In this document: positions 55,530-64,000 of the stretch, one piece after another
Layout of the letters: every line of letters begins with the position of its first letter
How positions within the stretch are numbered: the first letter of the stretch is position 1
NCBI GenBank assembly: GCA_028293825.1
Contig: JAQGNY010000027.1
Coordinates: 17,531-81,530, forward strand
Direction: 5' to 3'
DNA from: Verrucomicrobiaceae bacterium
GTDB lineage: Bacteria; Pseudomonadota; Gammaproteobacteria; Pseudomonadales; CAMLJR01
DNA length: 64,000 nucleotides
Position numbers and translations under genes: made by a program
The notes under the pieces: generated by a model
What the model saw: only the letters and a program-made list of their open reading frames with translations
Told to the model about the DNA's origin: nothing
Databases searched by the model: none

Positions 55530-55645
55530 CGTGTCACAGTAATTGAACGTGCGGTATGAGGATGCAAGAGTCGAGCAGTCATTGCGATACATTGCAGCCG
55601 AAATAAGCATTGCAAATGAAACGTATGGAGATAGTAGTTCGATAC

Positions 55646-55682
55646 GGAAAATCAGACTGCGGCAATAATACTGCCGCAGTCT
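55646..55682 (-). terminator. Terminator hairpin after the acyltransferase gene
   Basis: AGACTGCGGCA-(7-nt loop)-TGCCGCAGTCT (perfect 11-bp stem, 55654-55682). On the minus strand GATTTTCC follows. It lies 20 nt below the stop at 55702. Confidence 0.6.
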
Positions 55683-55701
55683 ATAAAAGTAACGTCGCTG
55701 A

Positions 55702-57642
55702 TTATGGGTTGGATCGATAGCTTACGCGCGGCGCCAACGGCGCGGGTTCGCGATTGGCCGCGAGTGGAATGATCTGGTCTTTCAAATAATTCATTACGTA
55801 GCTGGCGCCGTACATACTCAAGTGCGTGTTGTCGAAATAGAGCAAACGGCCTTTTTCTTCGATACGGCATGTTGCCTGATCGCAGAGCGCAGCTTCTGGG
55901 TGTAATCGATCGGCATTGGGTAAGTGATCAAGCATGGTAAATGCGCGCGCGTTGATGGTTTCGTAGAGCGGCGCTGGAATAACCAAGTCTTGGACGTCGC
56001 CTCCTTGCATCACCCAAGCGGCAGCCATAATTGGCAATGGATAGCGGCTTCCTGGAAACGGGTAAATTACTACAACGCGTTTGCCCGCTTGTTGCAGTGC
56101 GGTTACGGCTTGCGTGAATCCACTTTCAAACGCATCGCGATACACATCGACTTCGTAGATGTGATAGTTGGCGATCATGAAAACTACATTAATTTCCGGA
56201 TGCGCCTGTAGATAGGCGAATACTTGATCGTTGTGCGCAATGCAGCCGTGCCGGGTGGTGACGGTAAATTTCAGCGCGGGCGGGCATTGCGAGTAAGTAA
56301 ATGTTTTTACGGCGAGGCCTTGATCTTGAACCAGGGCGCCGAGAGCGGAACTGATTTCGGCGCCGTGGCTATCGCCCCACAAAGCGATCGTTGGCGGCAC
56401 CGCAGCGCCATACGTGCAAAAGCTCTCGGGCCGCATATTTTTGCCATCGTCGCCATGACAGGTTTGCCGACGAGGATTGCTATCACCAGCGGCTTTTTCC
56501 AGCGCTATTGCAGCGGCGGGCATGCGCTGAGAAAAACCTTTGGCGTAAACCAGTGCGCCACCGATCAAGAAGGTCACGACAGTTACCGCGCCAAAAAAGC
56601 CGAACAGTTGTTGTCGATTTCTCAGCACAGTTTTTTTGCGGAAGGGCGCTTCGACATAACGCCAGGACAGATAAGCGCAGATCCAGGCGATAAGTAATTC
56701 GGCGATTTGGACGCTGACGGTCGCGCCGTTCGGATATAGGTAGCGACCGAAAACAAAAATGGGCCAATGCCATAAATACAACGAGTAGGAAATTAAACCG
56801 AAATGCCGAAAGACGGGGTTTCCGAGCCAGCGGTTAATTGGATTTCGTGCATCGGCACCGCCATAAATCAGGAATGCAGCACCGAGACAGGGCAGCAATG
56901 CAGAGGCGCCGGGGAATGTTGTCTCGCTCGAATAAAGAAAAATACTGATGAGGATAAAAATTAAGCCGATGCCGCTCAATGCTGTATTTTGAGCTGAGCT
57001 TGTGCGCGAGGTAATTCCGGCAGCTAGTAAGGCGCCGATCGCTAATTCCCAGGCTCGAAAAGGAATTAAATAAAATGTCGCCATCGGCCAGTGAAATACA
57101 GCGTAACTGCTGGCAATAAACGAGATGACGATTGAGAGCAGAATACAGGCGCGAATATTGTTTTTAAAGAGACGAAATATGATCAATAAAAATATCGGGA
57201 AAATAACGTAGAACTGTTCTTCAACGCTCAACGACCATGTGTGCAGAAAGGGATTCAGTTCGGAATCGGCATTGAAATAATCGGCCTGTTTAAAGAAAAG
57301 CACGTTGCTGGCGTAGAGGTTAATGAAAATAAGGGTCCAGCCCACACTTTTGAATTGTTGGGCAGGTAGCAGCAGTGCCGCGGCGATCACAACAAAAATG
57401 GTGAGCCCTAAAACGGCTGGATAAATACGCCGAATGCGGCGCTCATAAAATCGCAGCATCGAAAATTCGCCATTGCGGATTTCCTTCAAAATAATCTGCG
57501 TAATTAAATAACCGGATATGACGAAAAATATATCGACGCCAACGAAACCGCCGGAAAAAATCGACAAGCCGACGTGATAGAGCACAACGGGTATGACCGC
57601 GATGGCGCGTAAGCCATCGATATCCTCGCGATAACGATCCAT
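55702..57642 (-). CDS. OafA/YrhL-type acyltransferase-3 membrane domain fused to a C-terminal SGNH-like domain
   Basis: Preferred start at ATG 57642 (MDRYREDIDGLRAIAVIPVVLYH, the acyltransferase_3 N-terminal motif), followed by about 10 TM segments and a soluble C-terminal domain of roughly 280 aa. The ORF track extends to 57690. Confidence 0.85.
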   Translation of the reverse strand: MDRYREDIDGLRAIAVIPVVLYHVGLSIFSGGFVGVDIFFVISGYLITQIILKEIRNGEFSMLRFYERRIRRIYPAVLGLTIFVVIAAALLLPAQQFKSVGWTLIFINLYASNVLFFKQADYFNADSELNPFLHTWSLSVEEQFYVIFPIFLLIIFRLFKNNIRACILLSIVISFIASSYAVFHWPMATFYLIPFRAWELAIGALLAAGITSRTSSAQNTALSGIGLIFILISIFLYSSETTFPGASALLPCLGAAFLIYGGADARNPINRWLGNPVFRHFGLISYSLYLWHWPIFVFGRYLYPNGATVSVQIAELLIAWICAYLSWRYVEAPFRKKTVLRNRQQLFGFFGAVTVVTFLIGGALVYAKGFSQRMPAAAIALEKAAGDSNPRRQTCHGDDGKNMRPESFCTYGAAVPPTIALWGDSHGAEISSALGALVQDQGLAVKTFTYSQCPPALKFTVTTRHGCIAHNDQVFAYLQAHPEINVVFMIANYHIYEVDVYRDAFESGFTQAVTALQQAGKRVVVIYPFPGSRYPLPIMAAAWVMQGGDVQDLVIPAPLYETINARAFTMLDHLPNADRLHPEAALCDQATCRIEEKGRLLYFDNTHLSMYGASYVMNYLKDQIIPLAANREPAPLAPRVSYRSNP

Positions 57643-57892
57643 TGGGTTTTTTGTCCTCGGCGGATTGAGAGAGGCTTGTACACAAAGCACGATTTATGCC
57701 CGATGGCGCTATCTTAACGGGTGCTCGTTGAGTTAGCTGCTAACCGAGTTTTAAATTGTTAACTGAAAACACATTATGGAGTGAAGCTGTGGTTACACCG
57801 CTGCGCATCAGCGCGGCAGGAGCGGAGGTATCCAAGAAATTAACAGAGTTGCATTGCGGAAAAACTGAATGGCAATGAAATTAAAAATGGAT

Positions 57893-57982
57893 TGGCGGAG
57901 GGGGAGAGATTCGAACTCTCGGTAGGCTCGCACCTACGCCGGTTTTCAAGACCGGTGCATTAAACCGCTCTGCCACCCCTCC
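57893..57982 (-). tRNA. tRNA-Ser (anticodon TGA)
   Basis: Reverse complement: GGAGGGGTGGCAGAGCGGTTTAATGCACCGGTCTTGAAAACCGGCGTAGGTGCGAGCCTACCGAGAGTTCGAATCTCTCCCCTCCGCCA. Acceptor stem GGAGGGG/CCCCTCC, anticodon loop CTTGAAA, long variable arm, encoded CCA. Confidence 0.95.
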
Positions 57983-57994
57983 GACAGAGCGCGA

Positions 57995-58022
57995 ATTATA
58001 CCGAGCAGTCGTGATTAAACAA
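57995..58022 (-). promoter_or_regulatory. Candidate sigma70 promoter for tRNA-Ser
   Basis: The minus strand reads TTGTTT (58022-58017), a 16-nt spacer and TATAAT (58000-57995), about 12 nt upstream of the tRNA 5' end. Confidence 0.5.
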
Positions 58023-58070
58023 GCGCGGCAACTATAAAAATTGATTTATTAAGCTGTGATTTTTAAGGCG

Positions 58071-58100
58071 AAAAAAAACCCGGCGTTGCCGGTTTTTTTT
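58071..58100 (-). terminator. Rho-independent terminator of rne (bidirectional shape)
   Basis: AAAAAAAA-CCGGC-gtt-GCCGG-TTTTTTTT, 12 nt after the rne stop. Confidence 0.85.
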
Positions 58101-58111
58101 GCTGAAATTTA

Positions 58112-60889
58112 TTACAGTGTTTGTTGCTCGTCAGTTGGTGTTGCACGACGTTGACGCGGGTCGTTAGTGGCACGCGATGCCGGTCGTTCGGCATCGGGCT
58201 GAGCCGCTGGTGCAACTGCAGTATCTACTCGCAACACTTCGGTTTTAACTTCGAGCTGCGCCACAGTTCGTTTGTTGAGGCGCGGATCATTGCCGGCACG
58301 ACCGCCAGAAGTTGCCGGGGCCGGTTTGGACGGTGCTACTTCCACAATCGCAGTTGCGACGGCTGGTTTTTCCGCAGGCACCTCGATTGCAGCAGTTTCG
58401 ATCGGTGTCTGAACCGGCGTTTCAGCAACAGGCTGAATCTGTACCGGTGTTTCGATAGAGGTTTCAGCAGGGCTTTCGACGCTGTCAACAATGACTGGCT
58501 GAGCTTCAGCTGGAGCGGGTGCGATAACTGCCGCTTCCGGTTGAACCAGCTCAAGTTGCACTGGCGCCGGTGTTGTGGTGACGACACTCGCTTCGCTTAC
58601 GATTTCTTGTGGCGCGGGAATCGAAGGAGCGGGAATGGAATCCACAGCAACTTCGGTCGGGGTTTCAGCGGTAGCTGCTACTTCGCCTTCCTGTGGGCGA
58701 CGTTCGCCACGCGGTCTGCGCTCACGACGTTGACGCGGACGCTCACTGCCTTCGGGGCGAGATTGCGGTGCATCAGTGTCTTGTTCCGGCGCAACGACAT
58801 TAGCCACTTCGTCAATGTTTTCTGCCACGTTCTCAACCGGCAACGGTGCGCGCGTGCGCTCACCCGGGCCGCGTGGGCGACGGTTGCCCGGACGACGTTG
58901 CGGCCGATCTTCATTGCTATCGGTAGTGTCAGCGCGAACCGGTTGCTCGGTCGGAGCTGCTGGCCGTTCTTGCGGCGGACGACGCTCTGGGCGTGGTTCG
59001 CGGCTTGGAGTTTCGCTGCGGACTTCTTCGCTGCGCTCTGGACGATCGGGGCGCTCGCCGCGAGTGCGATCGTTGCGGCCGCGGCCGCGGCCACCGCGCG
59101 TGCGTTGACCGCGACGCTGATCGGATGGGCGTTTGTCACCATCGACTTTGACGGGCGCTTCGGCTGGTTTCGGTGCTTCGCTGTTCTCACCAAATAAAAT
59201 GTTGATGATTTTGCTGAACAGGCCTGCCTGCTTTTTCGCTGTGGGCGGCGGAGCTAATGGCTGCTCGGTCGGTGACGGCGCTGGAGCGGTCGGTGCAATG
59301 AATTGAACGGCTGCTTTTTGCGGCACGATCGGCGCAGCTTCGGCTTCATTGCGATCAACTTCAATCGCCGCTTCCGGCTTGATTTCAAAGCTGAGTAATT
59401 GCTGTTCCTCAACTTCGTCATCGCGCAGACGACGGACTTCGAAATGCGGTGTTTCAAGATGCGACGACGGCACGATGATGATGCGCACTTTAGTGCGCTC
59501 TTCGGCGGCACTGATTTCGGCGCGCTTTTCATTAAGCAGATAGCTGGCGACATCGACCGGAACGATAGCGCGAATCACCGCGCTGCGATCTTTGTTTCCC
59601 TCTTCTTCAACCAAACGCAGAATCGAAAGCGACAGCGATTTAGTGTCGCGAATCGTGCCTTGGCCGCTGCAACGCGGACACACGCTGGCGGAGGTTTCGT
59701 CGAGCGAAGGGCGCAGGCGTTGACGCGACATTTCGAGGAGACCGAAGCGGGAAATACGACCCACCTGGACGCGGGCACGATCGGGTTGCAGCGCATCGCG
59801 AACGCGGCTTTCAACATCGCGTTGCGATTTGGCGGAGGTCATGTCGATGAAGTCGATAACGATCAAGCCGCCGATATCACGCAAGCGCAACTGACGGGCA
59901 ATTTCATCGGCCGCCTCAAGGTTGGTTTGCAGTGCAGTTTCTTCGATGTCGCCGCCTTTGGTGGCGCGCGCCGAGTTGATGTCGATCGAGACCAATGCCT
60001 CGGTGGGGTCGATAACGATCGAACCGCCGGAAGGCAATTGCACGACGCGCTCGAACGCGGTTTCGATCTGCGATTCGATCTGATAGCGATTGAATAGCGG
60101 AACCTGATCTTGATACAGGCGCACTTTATTTTGGTAGTGCGGCATGATTTGTTTAACGAAGCTCAGCGCGTGCTCATAGGCTTCTGGGGCATCAATCAAA
60201 ACCTGATCGATATCGGCGCGTAGGTAATCGCGAATCGCGCGGATGATGACATTGCTTTCTTGCAGGATAAGGAAGGGTGCTGATTTTTCCTTCGCGGCAG
60301 TGGTGATGGCTTCCCATAATTGCAGTAGATAGGTCAGGTCCCATTGCAACTCTTCCGGGTTGCGACCGACTCCGGCGGTGCGCACGATGACACCCATCCC
60401 GTCTGGAACTTCAACTGAAGACAGCGCTTCGCGCAATTCGGTGCGCTCGTCGCCTTCGATGCGGCGCGAAATACCGCCAGCGCGTGGGTTGTTCGGCATT
60501 AAAACCAAGTAACGACCAGCGAGGCTGACAAAAGTCGTGAGCGCTGCACCTTTATTGCCGCGCTCTTCCTTATCCACCTGAACGACGACTTCGGTGCCTT
60601 CTTTGACGACATCTTTGATTTTGATGCGGCCACCGATATCGCTCGGCTGGCGGTAAAAGTATTCGCGAGAGATTTCTTTCAGCGGCAGAAAGCCATGGCG
60701 TTCGGCGCCAAAGTCTACGAACGCGGCTTCGAGGCTGGGCTCAACGCGCGTAATGGTGCCTTTATAGACGTTGGATTTTTTTTGCTGACGGTTGGTGTTT
60801 TCGATATCCAGATCGTAAAGGCGTTGTCCTTCGACGAGAGCAACGCGCAACTCTTCGGGTTGAGTTGCATTAATTAGCATTCTTTTCAT
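58112..60889 (-). CDS. rne: Ribonuclease E
   Basis: Preferred start at ATG 60889 ([30 protein letters not shown]). It has the S1, 5'-sensor and DNase I-like catalytic N-terminal half with the Zn-link CPRCSGQG, then a low-complexity Arg/Pro/Glu-rich scaffold half. The ORF track extends to 61012. Confidence 0.95.
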   Translation of the reverse strand: MKRMLINATQPEELRVALVEGQRLYDLDIENTNRQQKKSNVYKGTITRVEPSLEAAFVDFGAERHGFLPLKEISREYFYRQPSDIGGRIKIKDVVKEGTEVVVQVDKEERGNKGAALTTFVSLAGRYLVLMPNNPRAGGISRRIEGDERTELREALSSVEVPDGMGVIVRTAGVGRNPEELQWDLTYLLQLWEAITTAAKEKSAPFLILQESNVIIRAIRDYLRADIDQVLIDAPEAYEHALSFVKQIMPHYQNKVRLYQDQVPLFNRYQIESQIETAFERVVQLPSGGSIVIDPTEALVSIDINSARATKGGDIEETALQTNLEAADEIARQLRLRDIGGLIVIDFIDMTSAKSQRDVESRVRDALQPDRARVQVGRISRFGLLEMSRQRLRPSLDETSASVCPRCSGQGTIRDTKSLSLSILRLVEEEGNKDRSAVIRAIVPVDVASYLLNEKRAEISAAEERTKVRIIIVPSSHLETPHFEVRRLRDDEVEEQQLLSFEIKPEAAIEVDRNEAEAAPIVPQKAAVQFIAPTAPAPSPTEQPLAPPPTAKKQAGLFSKIINILFGENSEAPKPAEAPVKVDGDKRPSDQRRGQRTRGGRGRGRNDRTRGERPDRPERSEEVRSETPSREPRPERRPPQERPAAPTEQPVRADTTDSNEDRPQRRPGNRRPRGPGERTRAPLPVENVAENIDEVANVVAPEQDTDAPQSRPEGSERPRQRRERRPRGERRPQEGEVAATAETPTEVAVDSIPAPSIPAPQEIVSEASVVTTTPAPVQLELVQPEAAVIAPAPAEAQPVIVDSVESPAETSIETPVQIQPVAETPVQTPIETAAIEVPAEKPAVATAIVEVAPSKPAPATSGGRAGNDPRLNKRTVAQLEVKTEVLRVDTAVAPAAQPDAERPASRATNDPRQRRATPTDEQQTL

Positions 60890-61250
60890 GTTAACGATAT
60901 TCCACTTAGGCGCGGATTTATCGTTACACCATCGATGCGCAATGATGTTTGGAGACGCAGTGTCCAATAGCGCGGCATGCAAACAGATAGCAGGCGGGGA
61001 AAACGAGAGCACCGAAATGGGTTGGTGCTAATTCCCTAATGCGCGATGGTTCGAAGCCATCGCATGCGGCGGCGCTAACGGCGCGCGCCGTGCCTTTTTA
61101 TCTCTGCCAGCAACCATTCGGCACCGGCGAAGTCGACTCAGGGGCGGCTTCCGGGAGCGAGTGTTCTGGCTGAAATACAAACCCAGTCGCTCTGTAAAAA
61201 GCCTGCCCAAATTGCTTCGCGAGTATCGCAAACATTACTTGCAAAAACGG
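60890..61250 (-). promoter_or_regulatory. Probable long rne 5' leader (extent uncertain)
   Basis: There are 596 nt of non-coding sequence between the rne start and the divergent rluC. In enterobacteria rne has a long structured autoregulatory 5' UTR. No transcription start can be fixed from sequence alone. Confidence 0.3.
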
Positions 61251-61485
61251 TGCAACGACATGTCCGCTGCGCTGTTAATGATGGCGCTCACTTCGCAATG
61301 TGCTATTGGAAGCTGTTACAGTGAGCGCCCGCTAAATTTGCGGATAGCGAATTAATGATTCGTTATCCATTGGCACCGATCGCTTGCTCGCGCGTCGACA
61401 TGTCTGTCGGGGCGGCACTCAATAGTCACGGTGCCTCGGCAATATATCAGTGATTACTAAACCATTCAAATAGTTACATTCACTT

Positions 61486-62439
61486 ATGAACGATCAAGGC
61501 AATGTCACCGGCGTGCGTCTAATGGATATCGATGCCAATAGCGATGGCCAGCGCGTGGATAATTTTTTACTACGCGAGCTTAAAGGCGTGCCCAAGTCGC
61601 GCATTTATCGCCTGTTGCGCAAGGGTGAGGTGCGCGTTAACAAGGGTCGGGTTAAGGCTGAATATCGTCTGCAAAGCGGTGATCAGGTGCGCATTCCGCC
61701 CATTCGCATGAGCGAAGATGAAGGCGGCGAGGTGTCTGTATCCACCGGTCTAGCGGATCGTCTCGCTGGCGCTATTTTGTTCGAGGATGAAAGCTTAATC
61801 GTCATAGATAAGCCGTCGGGTCTGGCGGTACACGGCGGCAGTGGCGTAAGTCTCGGTCTGATCGAAGCGCTGCGCTCTCTGCGACCGGAAGCGCGATTCC
61901 TGGAGTTGGTACACCGTCTTGACCGCGATACGTCAGGTTGCATCATGGTTGCGAAAAAACGCTCCGCGCTATTGGCGCTTCACGAAGCGCTGCGCGGTGA
62001 CGGAATCGATAAACGTTATTTGGCGTTGGTTACGGGAGTGTGGCCAAAAAATAGAGCCGAGGTTGCCGTACCGTTGGAGAAAAATACGCTGAAATCGGGT
62101 GAGCGTGTAGTTCGGGTTTCGGCTACGGGCAAAGAGGCTTTGACGCGATTTGCCGTCCAAGAAGTGTTCGCCGGAGCCACTTTGGTTGAAGCGCGGCCGG
62201 TTACAGGCCGCACCCATCAGATTCGTGTGCACGCGCAATACGCGGGTCATCCTATAGCGGGCGATGACAAATACTGTGATCGCGCGGCCGACGAGCGCTT
62301 CCGTCAGCTCGGTTTGCGGCGATTATTTTTGCATGCGCATACGTTGGATATACCCTGGCGTGGCGCTCGTATGGTGCTGCGCGCGCCACTGCCAAGTGAG
62401 CTCAAAGCCTTTCTTCAAACTCTGCGTAAGCCTCTGTAA
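61486..62439 (+). CDS. rluC: 23S rRNA pseudouridine synthase RluC (RluA family with an S4 domain)
   Basis: 317-aa ORF. The S4 domain is QRVDNFLLRELKGVPKSRIYRLLRKGEVRVN, and the catalytic motif is HRLDRDTSG. It is divergent from rne, as in E. coli. Confidence 0.93.
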   Translation: MNDQGNVTGVRLMDIDANSDGQRVDNFLLRELKGVPKSRIYRLLRKGEVRVNKGRVKAEYRLQSGDQVRIPPIRMSEDEGGEVSVSTGLADRLAGAILFEDESLIVIDKPSGLAVHGGSGVSLGLIEALRSLRPEARFLELVHRLDRDTSGCIMVAKKRSALLALHEALRGDGIDKRYLALVTGVWPKNRAEVAVPLEKNTLKSGERVVRVSATGKEALTRFAVQEVFAGATLVEARPVTGRTHQIRVHAQYAGHPIAGDDKYCDRAADERFRQLGLRRLFLHAHTLDIPWRGARMVLRAPLPSELKAFLQTLRKPL

Positions 62440-62441
62440 AT

Positions 62442-63137
62442 ATGCTATTTATTTTCGATTGGGATGGGACGCTACTCGACTCAACAGGCCGTATTGTCGA
62501 TGCGATGCGGGCGGCGGCTGCGGAGCTTGGCATCGAAGTGCTCAGCGTTGAACAAGTACGAAATATTATTGGGCTGGGCTTGCCCGAAGCGATCATCGCG
62601 CTTTATCCGCTTCTTTCTGTAAGTGATCGCGAGTTATTGCAGGCGGCGTATTCGCGCCATTATGTGGCCGCCGATCAACAGCCTTGCGCGTGGTTTCCTA
62701 CCGTACGCGAAACGTTGCACCAATTGAAAGGGGCGGGGTTCACGCTCGCGGTCGCGACTGGCAAAAGCCGTCGTGGGCTGAAGAGAGTGCTTGAACAGTT
62801 AGGCATGCTCGATTTTTTTCATGCGACGCGTTGCGCGGACGAGACCCAATCGAAACCGCATCCGCAAATGTTGCACGAATTGGTGCAGGAGCTAAGTGTG
62901 CCGCTTGAGCACGCTGTGATGATTGGCGACACCGAATACGACATGGCAATGGCGGAAGCGGCAGGGATGGCGCGTATAGGCGTTAGTTACGGCGCGCATG
63001 CCGCTGAGCGTTTGTGGTCTTATCGCCCTGAGTTAGTGATGGATGAATTTAAGCAGTTATTGACCTGGCAACAGTCGAAAGCCAATTCAGAGCACCGCGA
63101 CTCCGGCTTGCTGCAGCAGCGTGACCAAACGAATTAA
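62442..63137 (+). CDS. HAD-superfamily (subfamily IA) phosphatase
   Basis: 231-aa ORF with motif I FIFDWDGTLLDS, motif II VATGKS and motif III/IV GDTEYDMAMA. It starts 3 nt after rluC. Confidence 0.85.
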   Translation: MLFIFDWDGTLLDSTGRIVDAMRAAAAELGIEVLSVEQVRNIIGLGLPEAIIALYPLLSVSDRELLQAAYSRHYVAADQQPCAWFPTVRETLHQLKGAGFTLAVATGKSRRGLKRVLEQLGMLDFFHATRCADETQSKPHPQMLHELVQELSVPLEHAVMIGDTEYDMAMAEAAGMARIGVSYGAHAAERLWSYRPELVMDEFKQLLTWQQSKANSEHRDSGLLQQRDQTN

Positions 63138-63665
63138 AGGCAGGCCGATCAGAGCGTTTGGATCATCGCCTTCTAGGCGTTCAAACAGCGCAATTCCTAA
63201 GCCTTCCGCTTTAAAACTTCCCGCGCAATCGAATGGTTGTTCGCGCTCTAAGTAGCGTTGAATTTGCGCCGTGCTTAGCTGCCGAAATATCACAGCGAAC
63301 GGCTCGACGATTGTTTGATGCCGACCGCTGCCGCTTTCCAGCACACACAATCCCGTAAGAAACTCAACGCGGCGTGCGCTGCACGCCTGCAGTTGCGAGA
63401 CAGCATTAACAAAATTGCCGGGCTTGCCGATAATTGTGTTGTCGAGGTGTGCTACTTGATCCGATCCAATAATCAAATGATTAGGATAAATCGTCGCCAA
63501 GGCCTGTGCTTTTTCAGTCGCTAAGCGAGCTACCAATGTCGGTGCCGACTCTTGCGGGTTCGGTGTTTCATCGACGGAAGGGCTCGCACAAATAAAAGGA
63601 AGACCAAGCTTTTCCAACAATGTGCGTCGATAAAGCGATGATGAAGCGAGAACAATTTCGGGCAT
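63087..63665 (-). CDS. yceF: Maf-family nucleoside triphosphate pyrophosphatase (YceF type)
   Basis: 192-aa ORF with LASSSLYRRTLLEKLGLPF, IGSDQV and YGIQ-like regions (CAGSFKAEGLGIALF). Its position between rluC and yceD matches E. coli yceF. Confidence 0.9.
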   Translation of the reverse strand: MPEIVLASSSLYRRTLLEKLGLPFICASPSVDETPNPQESAPTLVARLATEKAQALATIYPNHLIIGSDQVAHLDNTIIGKPGNFVNAVSQLQACSARRVEFLTGLCVLESGSGRHQTIVEPFAVIFRQLSTAQIQRYLEREQPFDCAGSFKAEGLGIALFERLEGDDPNALIGLPLIRLVTLLQQAGVAVL

Positions 63666-63721
63666 GAGAGCAAATACTTAATATGGTTTGAGGTGTATAG
63701 CGTTGCGTTGGGCAAATTTTT

Positions 63722-63750
63722 TTGACAGGCGTTGAGGGTGGCCCTATGAT
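63722..63750 (+). promoter_or_regulatory. Near-consensus sigma70 promoter upstream of yceD
   Basis: TTGACA (63722-63727), a 17-nt spacer and TATGAT (63745-63750), 9 nt before the yceD ATG region. Confidence 0.6.
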
Positions 63751-63759
63751 TGCGCGCCT

Positions 63760-64000
63760 ATGTCAAGTACCCCCCTGCCCAGACAGGTCGATATCCGCAA
63801 GCTGATAGCGGCTGACACCATAATTTCTGCGCAGGAACCGCTGCGGAATTTTGCACGTCTGCTCGATATGTTAGAAGCGCGCGATGGTGACGTCGAGGTG
63901 AATCTCCATTTTTACCGTCGCGAGCAAGGCGGTAAATTTATAGATGGTGAAGTGCGGGCGATAGTCGCAGTGCTTTGTCAGCGCTGTATGAAGCCGATGC
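63760..64000 (+). CDS. yceD: YceD (DUF177) 23S rRNA accumulation protein; 5' part only, runs off the window
   Basis: Not in the ORF track because it has no stop in the window. The ATG at 63760 gives MSSTPLPRQVDIRKLIAADTIISAQEPLRNFARLLDMLEARDGDVEVNLHFYRREQGGKFIDGEVRAIVAVLCQRCMKPM, a YceD-like N-terminus including the CQRC motif. Confidence 0.85.
   Translation, partial: MSSTPLPRQVDIRKLIAADTIISAQEPLRNFARLLDMLEARDGDVEVNLHFYRREQGGKFIDGEVRAIVAVLCQRCMKPM

Noticed and set aside
55611-55701. Possible att-type partial duplicate of the tRNA-Ser 3' end that would delimit an island containing the acyltransferase
   Set aside because: Only a weak resemblance (ggaga...ttcga) was seen. The dominant feature there is an ordinary terminator hairpin, and no integrase gene is present.
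58121-59197. 358-aa ORF on the + strand, antisense to the rne 3' half
   Set aside because: It lies entirely inside the low-complexity Arg/Pro/Glu-rich region of RNase E, whose repetitive codons keep the antisense frame open. The product is rich in Cys, Arg and Phe and has no recognisable motif.
60890-61012. N-terminal extensions in the ORF track for rne, and likewise for trmA (to 51970), ybiB-like (to 54181), tusE (to 54515), tusD (to 55610), the acyltransferase (to 57690), mocR (to 33029), the MFP (to 39353) and the lipoprotein hydrolase (to 42785)
   Set aside because: The longest-ORF starts (some are TTG or GTG) add residues absent from the recognisable family N-termini, or create overlaps with upstream genes. 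Internal ATGs give canonical N-termini (e.g. MKRMLINAT for RNase E), so I used those.
63087-63137. 51-nt convergent overlap of the HAD hydrolase and yceF (maf) 3' ends
   Set aside because: Short convergent overlaps of non-conserved C-terminal tails are common. Both genes have complete family motifs, and nothing suggests a special function.

Overview
This is a 64-kb chromosomal window from a gammaproteobacterium. The gene order (acnB; lpxH-ppiB / glnS-cysS / folD / tRNA cluster; rne / rluC-HAD-yceF-yceD) resembles Pseudomonas- or Cellvibrio-type chromosomes, but the exact taxon cannot be fixed from sequence alone. I can support about 52 protein-coding genes, 4 tRNAs (Pro-TGG, Arg-TCT, His-GTG, Ser-TGA), several intrinsic terminators and a few sigma70-like promoters. 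I found no rRNA, CRISPR array, transposase or integrase. From left to right the window contains: a MarR-OMF-EmrA-EmrB efflux operon (emrB is cut by the window edge and missing from the ORF track); an alpha/beta hydrolase; a 1142-aa protein with a degenerate GGDEF domain and an EAL domain; mgtA; a cyclic beta-glucan-type locus (dedA, an ndvB-like GH17-GT2 fusion and a divergent ndvC-like GH17 membrane protein); a metallophosphoesterase fused to a membrane domain; acnB; a DUF1289 gene; miaE; lpxH, ppiB, glnS, cysS, folD; three tRNAs; a MocR regulator; a secreted GlcG/HbpS-like protein; an MFP-RND-rhodanese operon with a divergent MarR; a class IV aminotransferase; DinB; an accessory-looking envelope cluster; phhB-trmA; galE; tusDCBE plus a ybiB-like gene; an OafA-type acyltransferase; tRNA-Ser; rne; rluC; a HAD hydrolase; yceF (maf); and the start of yceD. 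Two regions deserve the most attention. (1) At 23984-24256 there is an indel-free array of 13 tandem 21-nt units, each carrying a small palindrome, inside a roughly 750-nt gene-free gap. (2) At 42832-50400 there are three same-strand envelope genes: a Sel1-repeat lipoprotein with an apparently intact caspase (C14) His/Cys dyad, a short-passenger autotransporter barrel, and a 1325-aa exported protein with three CxxCH motifs. All functional calls come from motifs I read in the translations. No database search was run.
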